Positions 10,620 to 23,171 of a stretch of DNA of 64,000 bases are shown piece after piece. The DNA comes from Hemiscyllium ocellatum (Eukaryota): contig NC_083440.1 of assembly GCF_020745735.1 (NCBI RefSeq), positions 31,854,468-31,918,467 of the forward strand, read 5' to 3'. Both the position numbers and the translations under genes were made by a program. The first letter of the stretch is position 1. Each line of letters starts with the position of its first letter. A model generated the notes under the pieces. That model had not been told where the DNA came from and did not search any database. It worked only from the letters and a program-made list of their open reading frames with translations.

Positions 10620-13400
10620 AATACGCCAATGTCTGGGTTAAAAATTGAAAACAATCCCAGCTCCAAACATTTACAAAATATCACTATGGATCTTCCTTGA
10701 GTCCAAAAAAGATTGTCCCCTTTGATCAATGATTTGTAAAATTTATTCGCGTATCTAATGCGAAGTTATTTTCAAATAACTTCTGAAATGCAAGTGGTTC
10801 ACATCAATCGTATTAAAGTGACATTTCGTGTGTTACCCCACACACAACAAAAACAAGATTGTTGACATGAGTTGCTCTGAGGAAGTCTACGGTGAATTCT
10901 TTTATCAAACAAAATCATTTCCAGTGTTGTGAGGGCTCATCTATCTTCTGTGCAATGGTCTGAATTTTAAGTTGTATCTGACTGCAGATGAAACCGGCTG
11001 CTCTGGGTAAAAGTACAGTTTGTGCCTTTCACATTGTTAATGTATATTGCTGACTTTAGTTGAATAAAGGGATGTTCCCTCAGGCATCGTCTGGCACCAT
11101 TAATTAGACCATTAATTTCCACATTATTGATGAGTTTATTGATATGTGATATTTTTGAAACGAAAGCTTCGTACATTTTCAGGATGAATTATGTAAGTTA
11201 GAGCCATTCACCTTTCCACTCATGGCTTTATAAACTTATATGAGGTCACCCCGCGAACTCTCACCCTCCAGTGAAACAAGTTCCCGTCTATCTGGATTTC
11301 CAACGGTAACTTTGTTCCCTCACATTCTGCTGTTAAAGATCCTCCTGCCACCCCAGGTACACAGAGAGTGTCCCTTGATACTAGTTCAAAGAAATGAAAG
11401 GAATTTGTCCCACCATATTGTTCAATTTCTTTTGGTTACAAACACCATAAAAAATAAATGTTCATGTCATTGCTGATGTATGGGAGAATTCTGTTTACAC
11501 AGTATCTGCTGAAATACCTGCAGTACCATCCTGAATCTGGTTCGCAGGTTCACCTGTTGCTCACAAATGCAACCAGACATCAGGGAACCGTGTGTGGGAT
11601 ATAACTTCTGCAATTATAATTACTTATACAAAGTAAATGAACTCACACCAGTGTGTAACTGTTTCAGCCAAGAACTGAATCAACAAGAATGGAAAGGATG
11701 TGGAGGAAATACATAATTGTTTTTGTATTAGCTAAAATTGTATGCAAGAATGAAACGTGACTGCAAAACAATGGTAGATATTACAGACGAATAGGCAAGA
11801 TGCTGTGAGGGGAGGGAGTTAAGCTTGATAAGCCTGTACAAACAATAGGTATAAACATTTGTTTCCCACTTTTACTTAAACACAGGAACAAACCCCAATT
11901 TAAAGGTCATAAGGATCAGTGTGGTAGGGGAAGGCACAGATGGAGGGAATAGATAATAGTGAAGAAAGGATATGCCTAACAATGCGCCACAGCGGGATGA
12001 GGTCAAACAGCCTTGTGAGGCCAGAAATAAGCATTTTCTCACAGACAAGGCTGGATAAGGCAAGAGATAAACAGGAGTAATGGGCGCCGGTCTTAGGGAA
12101 GTGGAAGATGTAAACAGGGGAGGAGCAATGAAATAAAAAAAATAGAAACCAAATTACATAAATATCGTGTATTAGTTGAATTCAGTGTGTATGTCCCTGC
12201 CTTGTCGACAGTGGACATCACACCATCTTGCAAGAGTCAAATAAGGGGCACCACTGATTCAGATTTTGTCTCGGACTGAAATTATTGAAGTGAACATCGT
12301 CCACACCCACCCCTCCACCCTTCCCTTCTGTACTTTTCACTTTGTGAAATCCGTGTTGTCAATAATCAGTTAAAAGAAAGATTTTTAAAAACTTTCTTAA
12401 TTCATGTTGCTGATCTTGGCTGAGTAAAGGTATGTTGCTGTCAGCATTTCTGGGAACATGTCTGCATTGTTTTCATGTCAGTTTACTATGATATTAAGTC
12501 AAGAATTGTCAAAATGTCCTGAGAAACAACGTTTAGAAATGGGCGTTCTGCCCCTACTTTTTTCTCCATAAGCCAGGATTTACAGCATTGGAGATCATAT
12601 CTATGTTGATAATGGATTAGACCCTACACAATGCTCCCGAATGTTTATTTCAAGTGCTATCACCTGCAGGGTTATGGACAACATGCTATGAAGTGGGTGT
12701 TGGCTGGAAGGTTCTGTTTTCACGTGATACAGGTGTGATGGGCGAAGTGATCTCTCTCTGTCGTGAAAACTTCATCATTCCTCAATTCATCTTTCCTACT
12801 TTGTCTCGTTCAGAGGCTCTAATTCACATGATTCATACCAGAAATATTCCAAGCCTTCGGTTCAATGATATCAATAAACTCCACCTGACTCTCCGGCTAG
12901 CGATGTGGAAATTAATCGTCTAATTAATGGTGCCAGACGATGCCTGGGACAACATCACTTTATTCAACTAAAGTCAGCAATATACATTAACAATGTGAAA
13001 GGCACAAACTGTACTTTTACCCAGAGCAGCCAGTTACATCTGCAGTCAGATACAAAATTCAGACCATTGCACAGAAGATAGATGAGCCCTCACAACATTG
13101 GAAATGATTTTGTTTAATAAAACAGTCCATCCTAGACTTGCTTAGAACAACTCGTGACAACAAAATTGCTTGATTTTTTTTGTGTGGGGTAACACATGAA
13201 ATGTTATTGTATTCCGACTGATGTGAACCATTTGCACTTCAAGTTATTTGAAAATGTCCTTCAAAACAGATATGGGAACAAATTTTAGAAATCATTGATC
13301 AAAGGGACATTTTTTTTGGACTCAAGGAAGATCCATAGTGATATTTTGTAAATATTTGGAGCTGTGATTGCTTTAAAGTTTTAACTAAGACATTGGCATA
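10620..13400. repeat. Inverted duplication: ~590-bp arms (10620-11210 and 12813-13400) around a ~1.6-kb spacer
   Basis: Example: gagggctcatctatcttctgtgcaatggtctgaatt (10931-) is the reverse complement of aattcagaccattgcacagaagatagatgagccctc (~13056-13091). Colinear matches continue along the whole arm with scattered substitutions and indels. Confidence 0.9.
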
Positions 13401-13904
13401 CAGTGGACAACATCACAATTCGCTGTAACATGAAACTCTCAACCACTGTGACCCATCGCCTGATGGTTCAGAATTTAACAAGGACCTAGCAAGGTTCGTG
13501 GAATGCACCGACGATTGATACATGAAAATTAACAAAGGCATTTCTGAAATGATTAATTTAGCTAGGAAGAATATAGAGACTTCACATCTCTGTTTGCATT
13601 TCAATATACTATAAATTACTTTTCGATTATATCCTAAAATACTTGTGTCTTTGTTCATATTTAATAAACTCTATCTTGTTCCGGGGTTAAGATAGTTTCT
13701 TTATTTATTTCACTCAAGACTGGATGTTGTAGTTTTGCCTCAGTATTGACCAAACTCGGTTTGGTGCCAGCTTATATCACTTGAGCTGCTTTTTCAGGAA
13801 GTGAATCTCTCCACCTGTTAAGTCAAAATAATCTGTTCATGCTTAGATCAAAATAAATCCTATTAATATCATCCCAAATTCAGACTCGGTTATTTTGTAT
13901 TTAT

Positions 13905-15200
13905 TCATTGGAATTGAACAGGAATATGACTGGCTGTTCTTGGTGGAGTGGAAGGGGGAGTTAAAGTGTTCAGCCACCGGGCCATGTGGTTGGTTGGTGC
14001 GGGTGTCCCAGAGATGTTCTCTGAAATGATCCGCAAGTTAGTGTCCTGTCTCCCTGATGCAGAGGAGACCACATCAGGTGGAACAGACACAGTGGATGAC
14101 ATTTGTGGAAGTATAGATAAGTTTCTGTGGGATGTGGAAGGATCATTTGGGGCCTTGTCGGAAGTGAGGGGGAGGGTGGGTGCAGATTTTGCACTTACTG
14201 TGGTGACAGGGGAAGGTGACAGGGGTGGGGAGTGGGCTGGTGGGGGGGCATGGACCTGACGAGGGAGTCGTGGAGGCAATAATGTCTCTGGAATGCGATA
14301 GGTGTAGGGAGGGAAATATACCCCGAGTGATGGGGTCTGTTTACAATGGTGGAAGCAGCAGAGAATGATATGATGTAAGCAAGATGGGTGTGGTGGAAGG
14401 TGAGGACCAGGAGGGTTCCCTGTTGCGATTGGAGGGATGGGGTTCAAGGGCATCATCGAACACGTGGGAGAGGAAATTGCAGTCTTTGATAAAGGATCTG
14501 GGATGTTTTATGGTGGAACTGGTTCTCCTGGGAGCAGATGCGGTGGAGGCAGAGGAATTGAGAATAAAGGATGGCATTTTTATCTGAGGTCGGGTGGGAG
14601 GAGGTGTAGTCCAGATAGCCTTGGGAGTCAGTGGGCTTGTAGTAAATGTTTAGTTGGTCACTGGAGATAGAGATGGAGAGGTCTAGGAAAGGGAGAGAGG
14701 TGTCCGAGATGGTCCCTGTAAAGTTTAGCTGCAAATGTGTTGCTGGTCAAAGCACAGCAGGCCAGGCAGCATCTCAGGAATAGAGAATTCGACGTTTCGA
14801 GCATAAGCCCTATGAAGGGCTTATGCTCGAAACGTCGAATTCTCTATTCCTGAGATGCTGCCTGGCCTGCTGTGCTTTGACCAGCAACACATTTGCAGCT
14901 GTGATCTCCAGCATCTGCAGACCTCATTTTTTACCTGTAAAGTTTAGGTCAGGGTGGAAGGTTTTAGTAAAGTTGATGAACTGTTCAACCTCCTAGTGGT
15001 TACATGAGGTGGCGTTGATACAGTCATCAATGTAGCAGTGGTAAAGGTGGGCAATGATACCGGTGTAGCTGTGGAAGATTGACTGTTCCACATATCTGAC
15101 GAAGAGGCAGGCATAGCTGGGGTCCATATAGGTGTCCATGGCTACCCCTTTGGTTTGGAGGAAGTGGGAGGATTGAAATGAAATGTAGTTGAGGTTGAGC
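13905..15200 (-). mobile_element. Degraded Penelope-like element fragment, interrupted by the 14729-14933 hairpin insert
   Basis: Minus-strand translations TKGVAMDTYMDPSYACLFVRYVEQ, YIDDCI, LPFLDLSISIS, NAILYSQFLCLHRICSQE, with many stops and frameshifts. Confidence 0.85.
14729..14933. mobile_element. 205-bp near-perfect hairpin PLE-derived insertion with 14-bp TSD
   Basis: ~85-bp arms around a tatgaa loop plus ~35-nt tail. CCTGTAAAGTTTAG at 14715-14728 and 14934-14947. Same subfamily as 8706-10350. Confidence 0.9.
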
Positions 15201-15955
15201 ATGTACTGCTTGGGTTGGCGTGACAGGAAGAAACGGAGGGCTTCGAGGCCTCCATCATGGCGTTTGAATGTGTACAGGGCTTGGACATTCTGTTCATTCT
15301 GGGGCTTATCAATAGCTTGCAGTTATTATGAAACTGCAAGGGCAATGGCTGGGAACTCAGAGAAGCCAATGTTTCAGTCTTCTGCTTGAAGCAAGTTTTG
15401 ACCAGAACATTTAAACACCACAAAGCTCACTGTAGGAAATGCCAGTGCTGCAACTTTTAATAATATTTGAAACTTGGTTAAAAATACGGATTTTTAGTTA
15501 TAGTTTCTGAAATAATCAAGAAAAGAATTAACCGTTAGAACAAGCTCTTTCAAAGAGAGGATTTGCAAAGTTTGAAACCATACACTGCTGTGGTTTATTT
15601 GAATTTAATGTCGATCAGAGCTAGATACAGCCAAGGTGATCTCTCCATATATTGATTCTGTTAATCGGACACACCAACATACCCGTCTGTACTGAACTGT
15701 ATTATTTGTTTAGTTGATCAAAATTTAGGAAATAGATCAAACAGAATGTATTCAGCTGGGAAGGGATGGATACAGAAGACAGAATCAAAAGCTGGGAACT
15801 TTAAATCTGAAGAAAGGGTAACAAGATCAAAGACATGAAAAGGTGCATGTCAATGTGTTCCAGACATTAGTGAATCGAATGAGCTTGTTAGATAGTCGAG
15901 AGACTCGTCCAACGACATCCTGGAATCAGACCGTGAAATAGAGATCGAAAGGTCG

Positions 15956-16122
15956 ATTTGCACATGTCATTTCAATGTGATCACTTCACACTCTGTGTCC
16001 TGATATAGGCCACATTGGCAGGTGTTTCTGCCAGATTGTATCCCCTGGGTTTATTTTCTGATCAGAAGTGAGATGTGTGGCTTGCTGCTGGCACATAGAA
16101 ACAGGAAGTTGCGCGCCAGCTG
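15956..16122. promoter_or_regulatory. Candidate B-lineage enhancer (motif cluster in non-repetitive DNA)
   Basis: ATTTGCAC (15956), CACATG (15961), GGCAGGTG (16017), TCCCCTGGGT (16041, EBF-like), TGTGGC (16076, RUNX-like), ACAGGAAGT (16101, ETS), CAGCTG (16117). Motif match only. Confidence 0.4.
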
Positions 16123-16499
16123 AGAATGATACATCAAGCGCTACTTTCTGTATTATCAGCACAAACAGTCTTCCGACCTCTGAGGGTGAACACACTGACA
16201 GTGTCAAGAACAAACAGACAGTTTGCTGTTGGTCTCAACATTGTATTCAATTCCATTCCCATTTTCCAGAATGAAACAGAAGAGATTATTTCAGCTATTT
16301 CTGTCAGAGAGATAAGAAAGAGTTATCACCGAGTGAAAGGAGCGAAATGGCAATATGTAGTTTCGCTCATAAACCTATGTTTAAAAGTCGAAAGCTTGAG
16401 GGAAGGTAATAAATAAATCTAAGAGACAGCATTCATTAAAAGTTGGAATTGCAAGGTTTAAGCAATAAAATTCAGCAGGGCTTTGGTGGAAGTGATATC

Positions 16500-18900
16500 A
16501 TATCGGAAGTGGTTGATTCTGTTTTCCGGAGAGGCAATGAGAGGTGCCATCGGATGTAAAAAGTGGATGTAATGCTTCTTGACTTCAATCAGGTTTATGA
16601 CCAGATCTTGCATCTTCAATATGCTAAGGGTTCATGGGATCTGGTGCAGTTTGGCAAATGCATCGAGGGTTTATTTGTTGGCAGAAGGTAATGGTCGAAG
16701 GTAGACATTGTGAAGACATCTTGTGTCCAGTGGCTTACTATACGACTTGGTGCTGGATCATTTGCTGTTTGCAGCGTATATGAACGATCTAGTCAAGGAT
16801 GTAGCAGATTTGATCAATAAGTTCAAAGATGAGGTGAAAAACGTTTGGTTTTGCAATTAATGAGGAGGAAAGCCAGTGTGACATCGATGACCTTGCCTGT
16901 TGGAGAGAAGAATTGAAAACAGAACATTCTATCCGAAAATCAGTGAAGTAAAGCATTTTCAAAACTAACAAATTAAGCGAATATACTATGCATTGTTGGA
17001 ATCTACAAATATAAAGGATAAGTGATCTTCTGTTGTGCATATCCACATCAGTGAATGCGGGTTGGAGTTACAGTCTGGAGATATTGGTGGGGGGGGGGGG
17101 GGGGAGGGGGCAATGGTTACTGCAAATGCTATGGAGCCTGACAAAATTCTGGCAATAATACTGATGACTTGTGCTAGCCAAGCACTCCCAGTACAGCTAC
17201 CACACTGGCATGGACAATGTGGAAAATAGGCCAGGCATGTCCTGTGCACAGAAAATAGGTCCAAACACCCTAGCGACTTACTGCTCCATCAATCCATGCT
17301 CAATCATGAGTTAGGCGAAGGAAGGTGCTTTCAACAGTGCTATCAAGCAGCACTAGCTCAGTAATAACCTGCTCAGTGACATAAAATGTGGGTTATGCAA
17401 GGCCTACTCAGCTCATGACTGAATTACAGACTTTATTTAAACATGGTTTAAAAATGTGTTGCTGGAAAAGAGCAGCAGGTCAGGCAGCATCAAAGGAGCA
17501 GGAGAATCGACGTTTTGGGCATAAGCCCTTCTGAAGCCTGATTCCTGAAGAAGGGCTTATGCCCGAAACATTGATTCTCCTGCTCCTTTGATGCTGCCTG
17601 ACCTGCTGCGCGTTTCCAGCAACACATTTTTAAGCTCTGATCTCCAGCATCTGCGGTCCTCACTCTCTCCTAGTTGATTTAAACATGGACAAAGAACTGA
17701 ATTCCAGAAATGAGGGAAGAGTGACAGCCCTTCACATTAAGGTCACATTCGACAGAGTCTGATATTATGGAGTCTGAGCAAAACTGGATTCAGTGGGTAT
17801 CAGGTGACAACCTCCCTGCTGCCTGCAGTCAGACCTCACACATTGGAAGGTGGCTCTGCTTGTTAGAGGGCAGTCGTCTCAGCCAAAGCAAATCTCTGTT
17901 GGAGTTCCTAAAGAAAGTGTCCTTGGCCCAATCATGTTCAGCTGCTTCAGCAATGACTTTCCCTCCCTCAGAAGGTCAGAAGTGAAATCTGCATTGATCT
18001 AGCACTTTTTTTGTGACTGCTCAGTCCACATTCAAACGCAACAAAATCTGGACAATTTCCAGACTTGAGCTGACAAGTGGCAAATAGCATTCACACCACA
18101 AACCTGCGAGACAATGACCATTGACAATAAGAGACAATCTAACCAAAACCCCTTGACATTCAGTAGTGTTACCATCACGGAATCCCTCACCATCGACATC
18201 CTGGGTTTTATTGTTCATTAGAAATTGAGCTGGACACTCCATATAAATACAATGGTTGTAAGAGCAGGTCAGAGGCTAGGAATACTGCAGCGAGTAACTC
18301 ACCCTCCTGACCTGCAAAGCCAATTAATTGTCTAAGAGACAGAAGTCAGGAGGGTAATAGCACAGCTCGCCCTTTGACTGGACAGGAGCACCTTCAACTG
18401 CACTCAAGAAGCTAGTCATTGTCCAGGACAAAGCTTCCCACTTGATCAGCAGCACATCCACAAGCGTCCATTGTCTCCATATCTGATGCTTTGTACCTGC
18501 CATATGCTGAAAATTGTGTTGCTAGAAAAGCGCAGGAGGTCAGGCAGCATCCAAGGAGCAGGAGAATCGATGTTTCAGGCATAAGCCCTTCTTCATGCAT
18601 ACCTGCCAAATGCACTGTCTAAAATACTGCACTGCAATAACTTAGCCACTTCCTTACACAGTACCTTCCCACGACCACTTGCATCTCGATGGATAAGAAC
18701 AGCAGATACATGGGAACAGCACCACTGTAAGCTCCTCTCTAAACTACTCGGCATCCTGACATGGAAATATATATCATCGATCTTTCACTGTAACTGAATC
18801 AAAATCTGGAATTCCCTTCCTCAGGTCATTTTGGAAGATGTTATTTCAGAAAGGCAGCTTTCTGCCATCTTCTGAAGGACACCTACCGACAACTAAAAGC
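16500..18900. mobile_element. Mosaic of old degraded LINE fragments (CR1/L2-like) and PLE ends
   Basis: RT-like remnants (e.g. SKFADD-like aataagttcaaagatgagg, ctgacaagtggcaa) with many stops. PLE terminal pieces at 17447-17676 and ~18505-18597. Confidence 0.55.
17447..17676. mobile_element. 230-bp hairpin PLE-derived insertion with 12-bp TSD
   Basis: Inverted arms plus tail. ATTTAAACATGG at 17435-17446 and 17677-17688. Hammerhead-like CTGAAGA-A-GGGCTTATGCCC-GAAA at ~17545-17568. Confidence 0.85.
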
Positions 18901-19252
18901 AACCACCGTGTTCCATGAGTCAATAAAACAATCATTGAAGCTAATACGACAGTTTGAGAAAGTGGTTAAGGAGGCATTATGAGTATGTAATAAGCAATCA
19001 AAAGGTTTAGAGTAAAGTTCCAGAATCAATCTCTACCATAGTAGCTTCAATTAATGAAAGATTATGAAATGAAACTGCTGAAGTAACGAATGATAATCAC
19101 AGACCTACCAAAGTTTTGAAGCATGTTACATGGTTCAGTATTGTCCTTCAGAGGAGGATGTGTGACCTTCCTACCTGGCCTGCCCTACCTGTTCGACAAA
19201 AAGGCGATGGTTCCTTTCCTGTGCCGAACCTGACTAAGAAACCCATCAGGAG

Positions 19253-19461
19253 AAAGTGAGGTGCTGGAGATCTGAGTTGACAGTGTCGTGATGGAAAATC
19301 ACAGCAGGTCAGGCAGCATCCAAGGAGCAGGAGAATCAATGTTCCAGCCATAACAACTACATCAGGTATCTTAATGAAGGCCTTCTGCCTAAAACGTCGA
19401 TTGTCCTGCTCCTTGGATGCTGCCTGACCTTCTGTACTTTTCCAGCACTACAGTCTCGACT
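19253..19461. mobile_element. Older hairpin PLE-derived insertion
   Basis: cagcaggtcaggcagcatccaaggagcaggagaatc versus gattgtcctgctccttggatgctgcctgacc as diverged inverted arms. TSD degenerate. Confidence 0.7.
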
Positions 19462-21949
19462 GAGAAGCCATTTGGTTGTAATAAAGCTTCTTAAGAAAGA
19501 TCAACCATAATTAGCCGAGCAAGATGGCAGGCTTTCAAAAAGGGAGCTGATGACCACCTTCTTGGGATATGTGACTAACGCTTTCATAATTCAGTGAAGA
19601 ATTCAAGAAATGCAAATTACGATGAGTCAGGCTCTTCAGACAGAGTCCGATACAGATTTTAGATTGGTGATTGGATGCAAAGTCTCCTGTGATGTTGCTG
19701 TGAACAGCAAGAGAGTTCTTGCCAGTATTCCACTCCAATATTTGTCCGTGATGTAAAGTGTCAGATTTGTTGTATTTCTGTGCTTTCTGTACATTGCCAA
19801 CATTCGGACCACAGTGATGATATCATGGGACCAGTATTCTCGAACTCCAGTTTGATGTTGGATGGCCAGGGTTTGGAATATCATTGTTTGCCCAGGGTGA
19901 AATGTGAATTAAAAGAAATCCTGGAATCAGAAAGGAAGATAAATGATGACCATGTAACCCGAGTCAATGTAAAAATACAAAAACAGCTGGTTCACGAATG
20001 ACAAGGCATCTGTCACCTTTACATGGTCTGGCCGACATGAGATTCCAGACCCACTGGGAAGTAATTGACTGTGTTCTGAAGTGGCTTTAGCAAGCTATTC
20101 AATGGGCAGTTGGGGATAGGGACTCATTGCTGACCCTTACCATTATGTAATACGTGTAACGAAACCTCGTTACAACTATATCAATTAAATGTAATTGTTG
20201 CGGCAGTTCCTGTATTTCATGTGAATATTCTAAATTTGCAGAATTTTCAGCACTGAATTGTTAACCGAAATAAAAATTTTAAATTATTTATCTTTCAGAA
20301 ATAAATAAAATCTGTTGCAATTCGGCTTCATAAATTTTTATTCACTTCTGCAAATGGTCAACATTCTTAAAATAAACTTGTTTCGATTTGAAACTTACCA
20401 CCAAATCACTTCATTCACCTGGCTTTGCTGCCATCATCACTTCCTTGAAGCCAATTAAGCATTTATGTAAATAAACACAGAAATAGAATTCTCAGAATAG
20501 ATTACAGAAGCACAAAACCCTAATTTATATTTCCCCACAAGCACATCACACGAGTTGTGGAAAAATGCAAATAACTCAATGCATTCCAAGACTAATTGAT
20601 GTTCAGACTTTTTAATCCATAAGCTGTATGATTGTTGAATGACAGAGGTTTCAATTGTCACGTTTAGTCAAAAAACGATAATTAAGAGGTACTTTGGCAC
20701 ATCTAATATTTCTGTCTCTCTTTTTCTCTCTTCCCCTCCTGCCTTCCCCCTTTTTTCTTTATCTCTGATGCCTTGTTTTGCCTCTCCACAATCGGACAAT
20801 GTTTTCCTCAATAACATGAAGACAACACCTCACCAACATTGCCTCTCAGCCAAATTCATCCGTTTCTTTCGAGACATTTGAGTCAGGACAGCAAGATTTT
20901 CTCAAAAATCTGTCTGAGTATTGAGTGATCTGGAAATGCTTGATAGGAATGTGGCTGCAAGACTTTACTGTGTTAGTGTTTTCATTGTATCTCTGCACTA
21001 TTATTCTTGTCTGAGGAATGTTTAATGGTTCAATGTAATGCATATTTAGTCTATAATTAACCTTACACTGCACATCTCATGGAAGGTTTAATATTGTAGG
21101 GGTCAATTTATTCTGTATCGACTCTGGGAGGATTTTTTTAGGGAATCCTGGATGCAGCTCTACTCTGGGTCTAAACCAAAATATATTTGACATGATTGCA
21201 TTGGACAACACAATATAGAGGGAGATTTACCCAGCTCATTACATGAGCTGTACAATCACGGAAAACATTTGATGTAGCCGTGTAAAGGGGCTTGAACTCC
21301 TACCCACTGTCTTTCTGATTTTGAAATGCTTGATACCAGAATAAAAAGGGAACAACACTATGCATCGAAACTTTGTTATACAAGTAGACTATCATTTACA
21401 GTCACAGACATACACACACCCATAAGCAAATCATCTCTGAACAACCCTTGCAGTGTTTAATGGATGAGTACTGAGAGAGCTTTAATATGCAATGTGCGTG
21501 TATTCCATGCAACACATGCCGACAGTGTGCTTGATATGGTAGTTTAAATGTAGTTTTGATCTGTCTTTAACCTTTTCTGTGACAGCCGTGGTTGTGTTTG
21601 ACAAATATTCAACAGAACTGGAGGACTATAAATGTAGTCACTGCATTAGAGGCAGAATGCAATGCCATCAAACAGTGAGAAAGATGATCCCTGTCTTTTT
21701 TCATGATGAGGAGGGATTGAAGCAGCTGGGCTTCAAACATGAAATGGAGGTTAATTTCGATGAGACCTATATAATTCTGCAAAGACTAACTTAGAGCAAA
21801 AGTCAATGAGAGGGAACCAGAAGCAGTCTGGTCAGCCAATGGAGTTTGGGCTTCCAAACAATGACATCATAGCTGAGCTGATAATCCTCACCTCCACTTT
21901 TCAGCGTTTAACTGTAAGCGTTGATTCAATTCCCAAATCAAAACCTGCC

Positions 21950-23130
21950 CATTTCAGCCTTCAAAATACTGAATGACCCAGCCTCGACAGTGTTCTATGG
22001 AAACAAATTCCACACATTCACTACATTCTGGGAGACAAAATTCTGTTCCGCCTGACATTTGTGACCTCTAATTCAGAGATTTTACTCACTGGTCCGAACC
22101 TCTCCCACAAGGGGAAACAACATTTCTGCATTGACACCATCAAGTTTCCTGAAAATAATAGATGTTTCAGAATGTCACCACTGAATCTTCTATGTTCTAA
22201 CGAGTATAGGCCCAAACGACTCAATCTCTACTCGCAAGACAGTCCCTCCATCCTCAGGAACAGTCTAACAAACCTCGTGTGGATTGTCTCACAGTCCAGT
22301 GTACCTTTTCTTTGTGATATGAGTCCCAAGAACAGTCCACAGTATACCAGCTGTGGTAAAAATAGAGCTTCTTTTCAGTTTTAACAAACATTATAGTCAT
22401 ACAAACACAGGCACAGAAACAGACCCTTCGGTCCAACTGCACTGACCAGATATCCCAACCTGACTGAGTACCATTTGCCAAACATTTGGCCTATCTTTCT
22501 CTAAATGTTCCCTGTTCATACACCCATCCAGGTGCCTTTTAAATGCAGTAATTGAACCCACCTCCACAACTACCACTGGCAGCTGTTTCCATACATACAC
22601 GTGAAAAGGTTGCCCCTCAGGTTCTTTTCAAACGTTTCTCCTCTCACCTTAATCTGCTGCCCTGCATGATTTTATAGGTCTTGTTCAGGCCACTCCTCAG
22701 CCTCCTTTCCTCTCACTGTAGGGAAAAGAAAAGCCCCAGTCTATTCAGCTTCACCTTATACCTTAAACACTCCAGTTCCAGCATCATTCTTGGAAATCGT
22801 TTCTACATCCCCTCAAGTTTCACAAAATCCTTCATAGAAATGGTCAGCCAGATTCGTCTGTAATAATTTTAAACGTGACCTCACAAATGTTCTGTATAGC
22901 TGAGACATGACATCTCGACTCCTACACTTAATGTTATGACCAATGAAGGAAAGCATGCCAAACACCTTCTTCCCCACCCTGTCTACCTGCAACTCCACGT
23001 TCAAGGAATGATGCATCTGCATCCTTTAGTTTCTTTGCTCAGCAACACTCCCCAAGGCCCAGCCATTAATTTTATAAGTCTTGCCCTGGTTTGCCTTCCA
23101 AAAATGCAGCACCTCACATTTATTTAATAA
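21950..23130 (-). mobile_element. Degraded CR1 LINE 3' fragments
   Basis: Minus translations MSRLGLYSLEHRRFSGD and VEAGSITAFKRHLD-like. CR1 3' UTR-like sequence near 22390-22500. Confidence 0.75.
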
Positions 23131-23171
23131 AGCTTGGGTTCATGAAATGCAGGTCATGTTTAACTGATTAG

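Noticed and set aside
11215-11714. Leader-like exon plus GVAGGSLTAEC (CD300/pIgR-like V-domain start) on minus
   Set aside because: The nucleotide sequence aligns with the CR1 3' RT region (ERLDRLGLFSLE..RGDLIEVYK), and the leader has an in-frame stop. The Ig-like peptide is an accident of decay.
12654-12923. ORF with GLWTTCY (claudin/PMP22-like motif)
   Set aside because: Single short motif, no transmembrane pattern or splice support, and the frame is not preserved in the inverted copy.
19810-19816. CACAGTG heptamer (also CACTGTG at 51967-51973)
   Set aside because: No nonamer at the correct spacing and no adjacent V, D or J coding sequence.
19636-19884. ORF with faint Ig-strand-like words (EYW, TNLTLYITD, SGI)
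   Set aside because: Lacks both canonical cysteines and convincing splice sites or RSS. Too weak without a profile search.
20565-20572. Perfect octamer ATGCAAAT (another at ~41405)
   Set aside because: Isolated 8-mers are expected a few times in 64 kb of AT-rich DNA, and no V gene or TATA/leader lies nearby.
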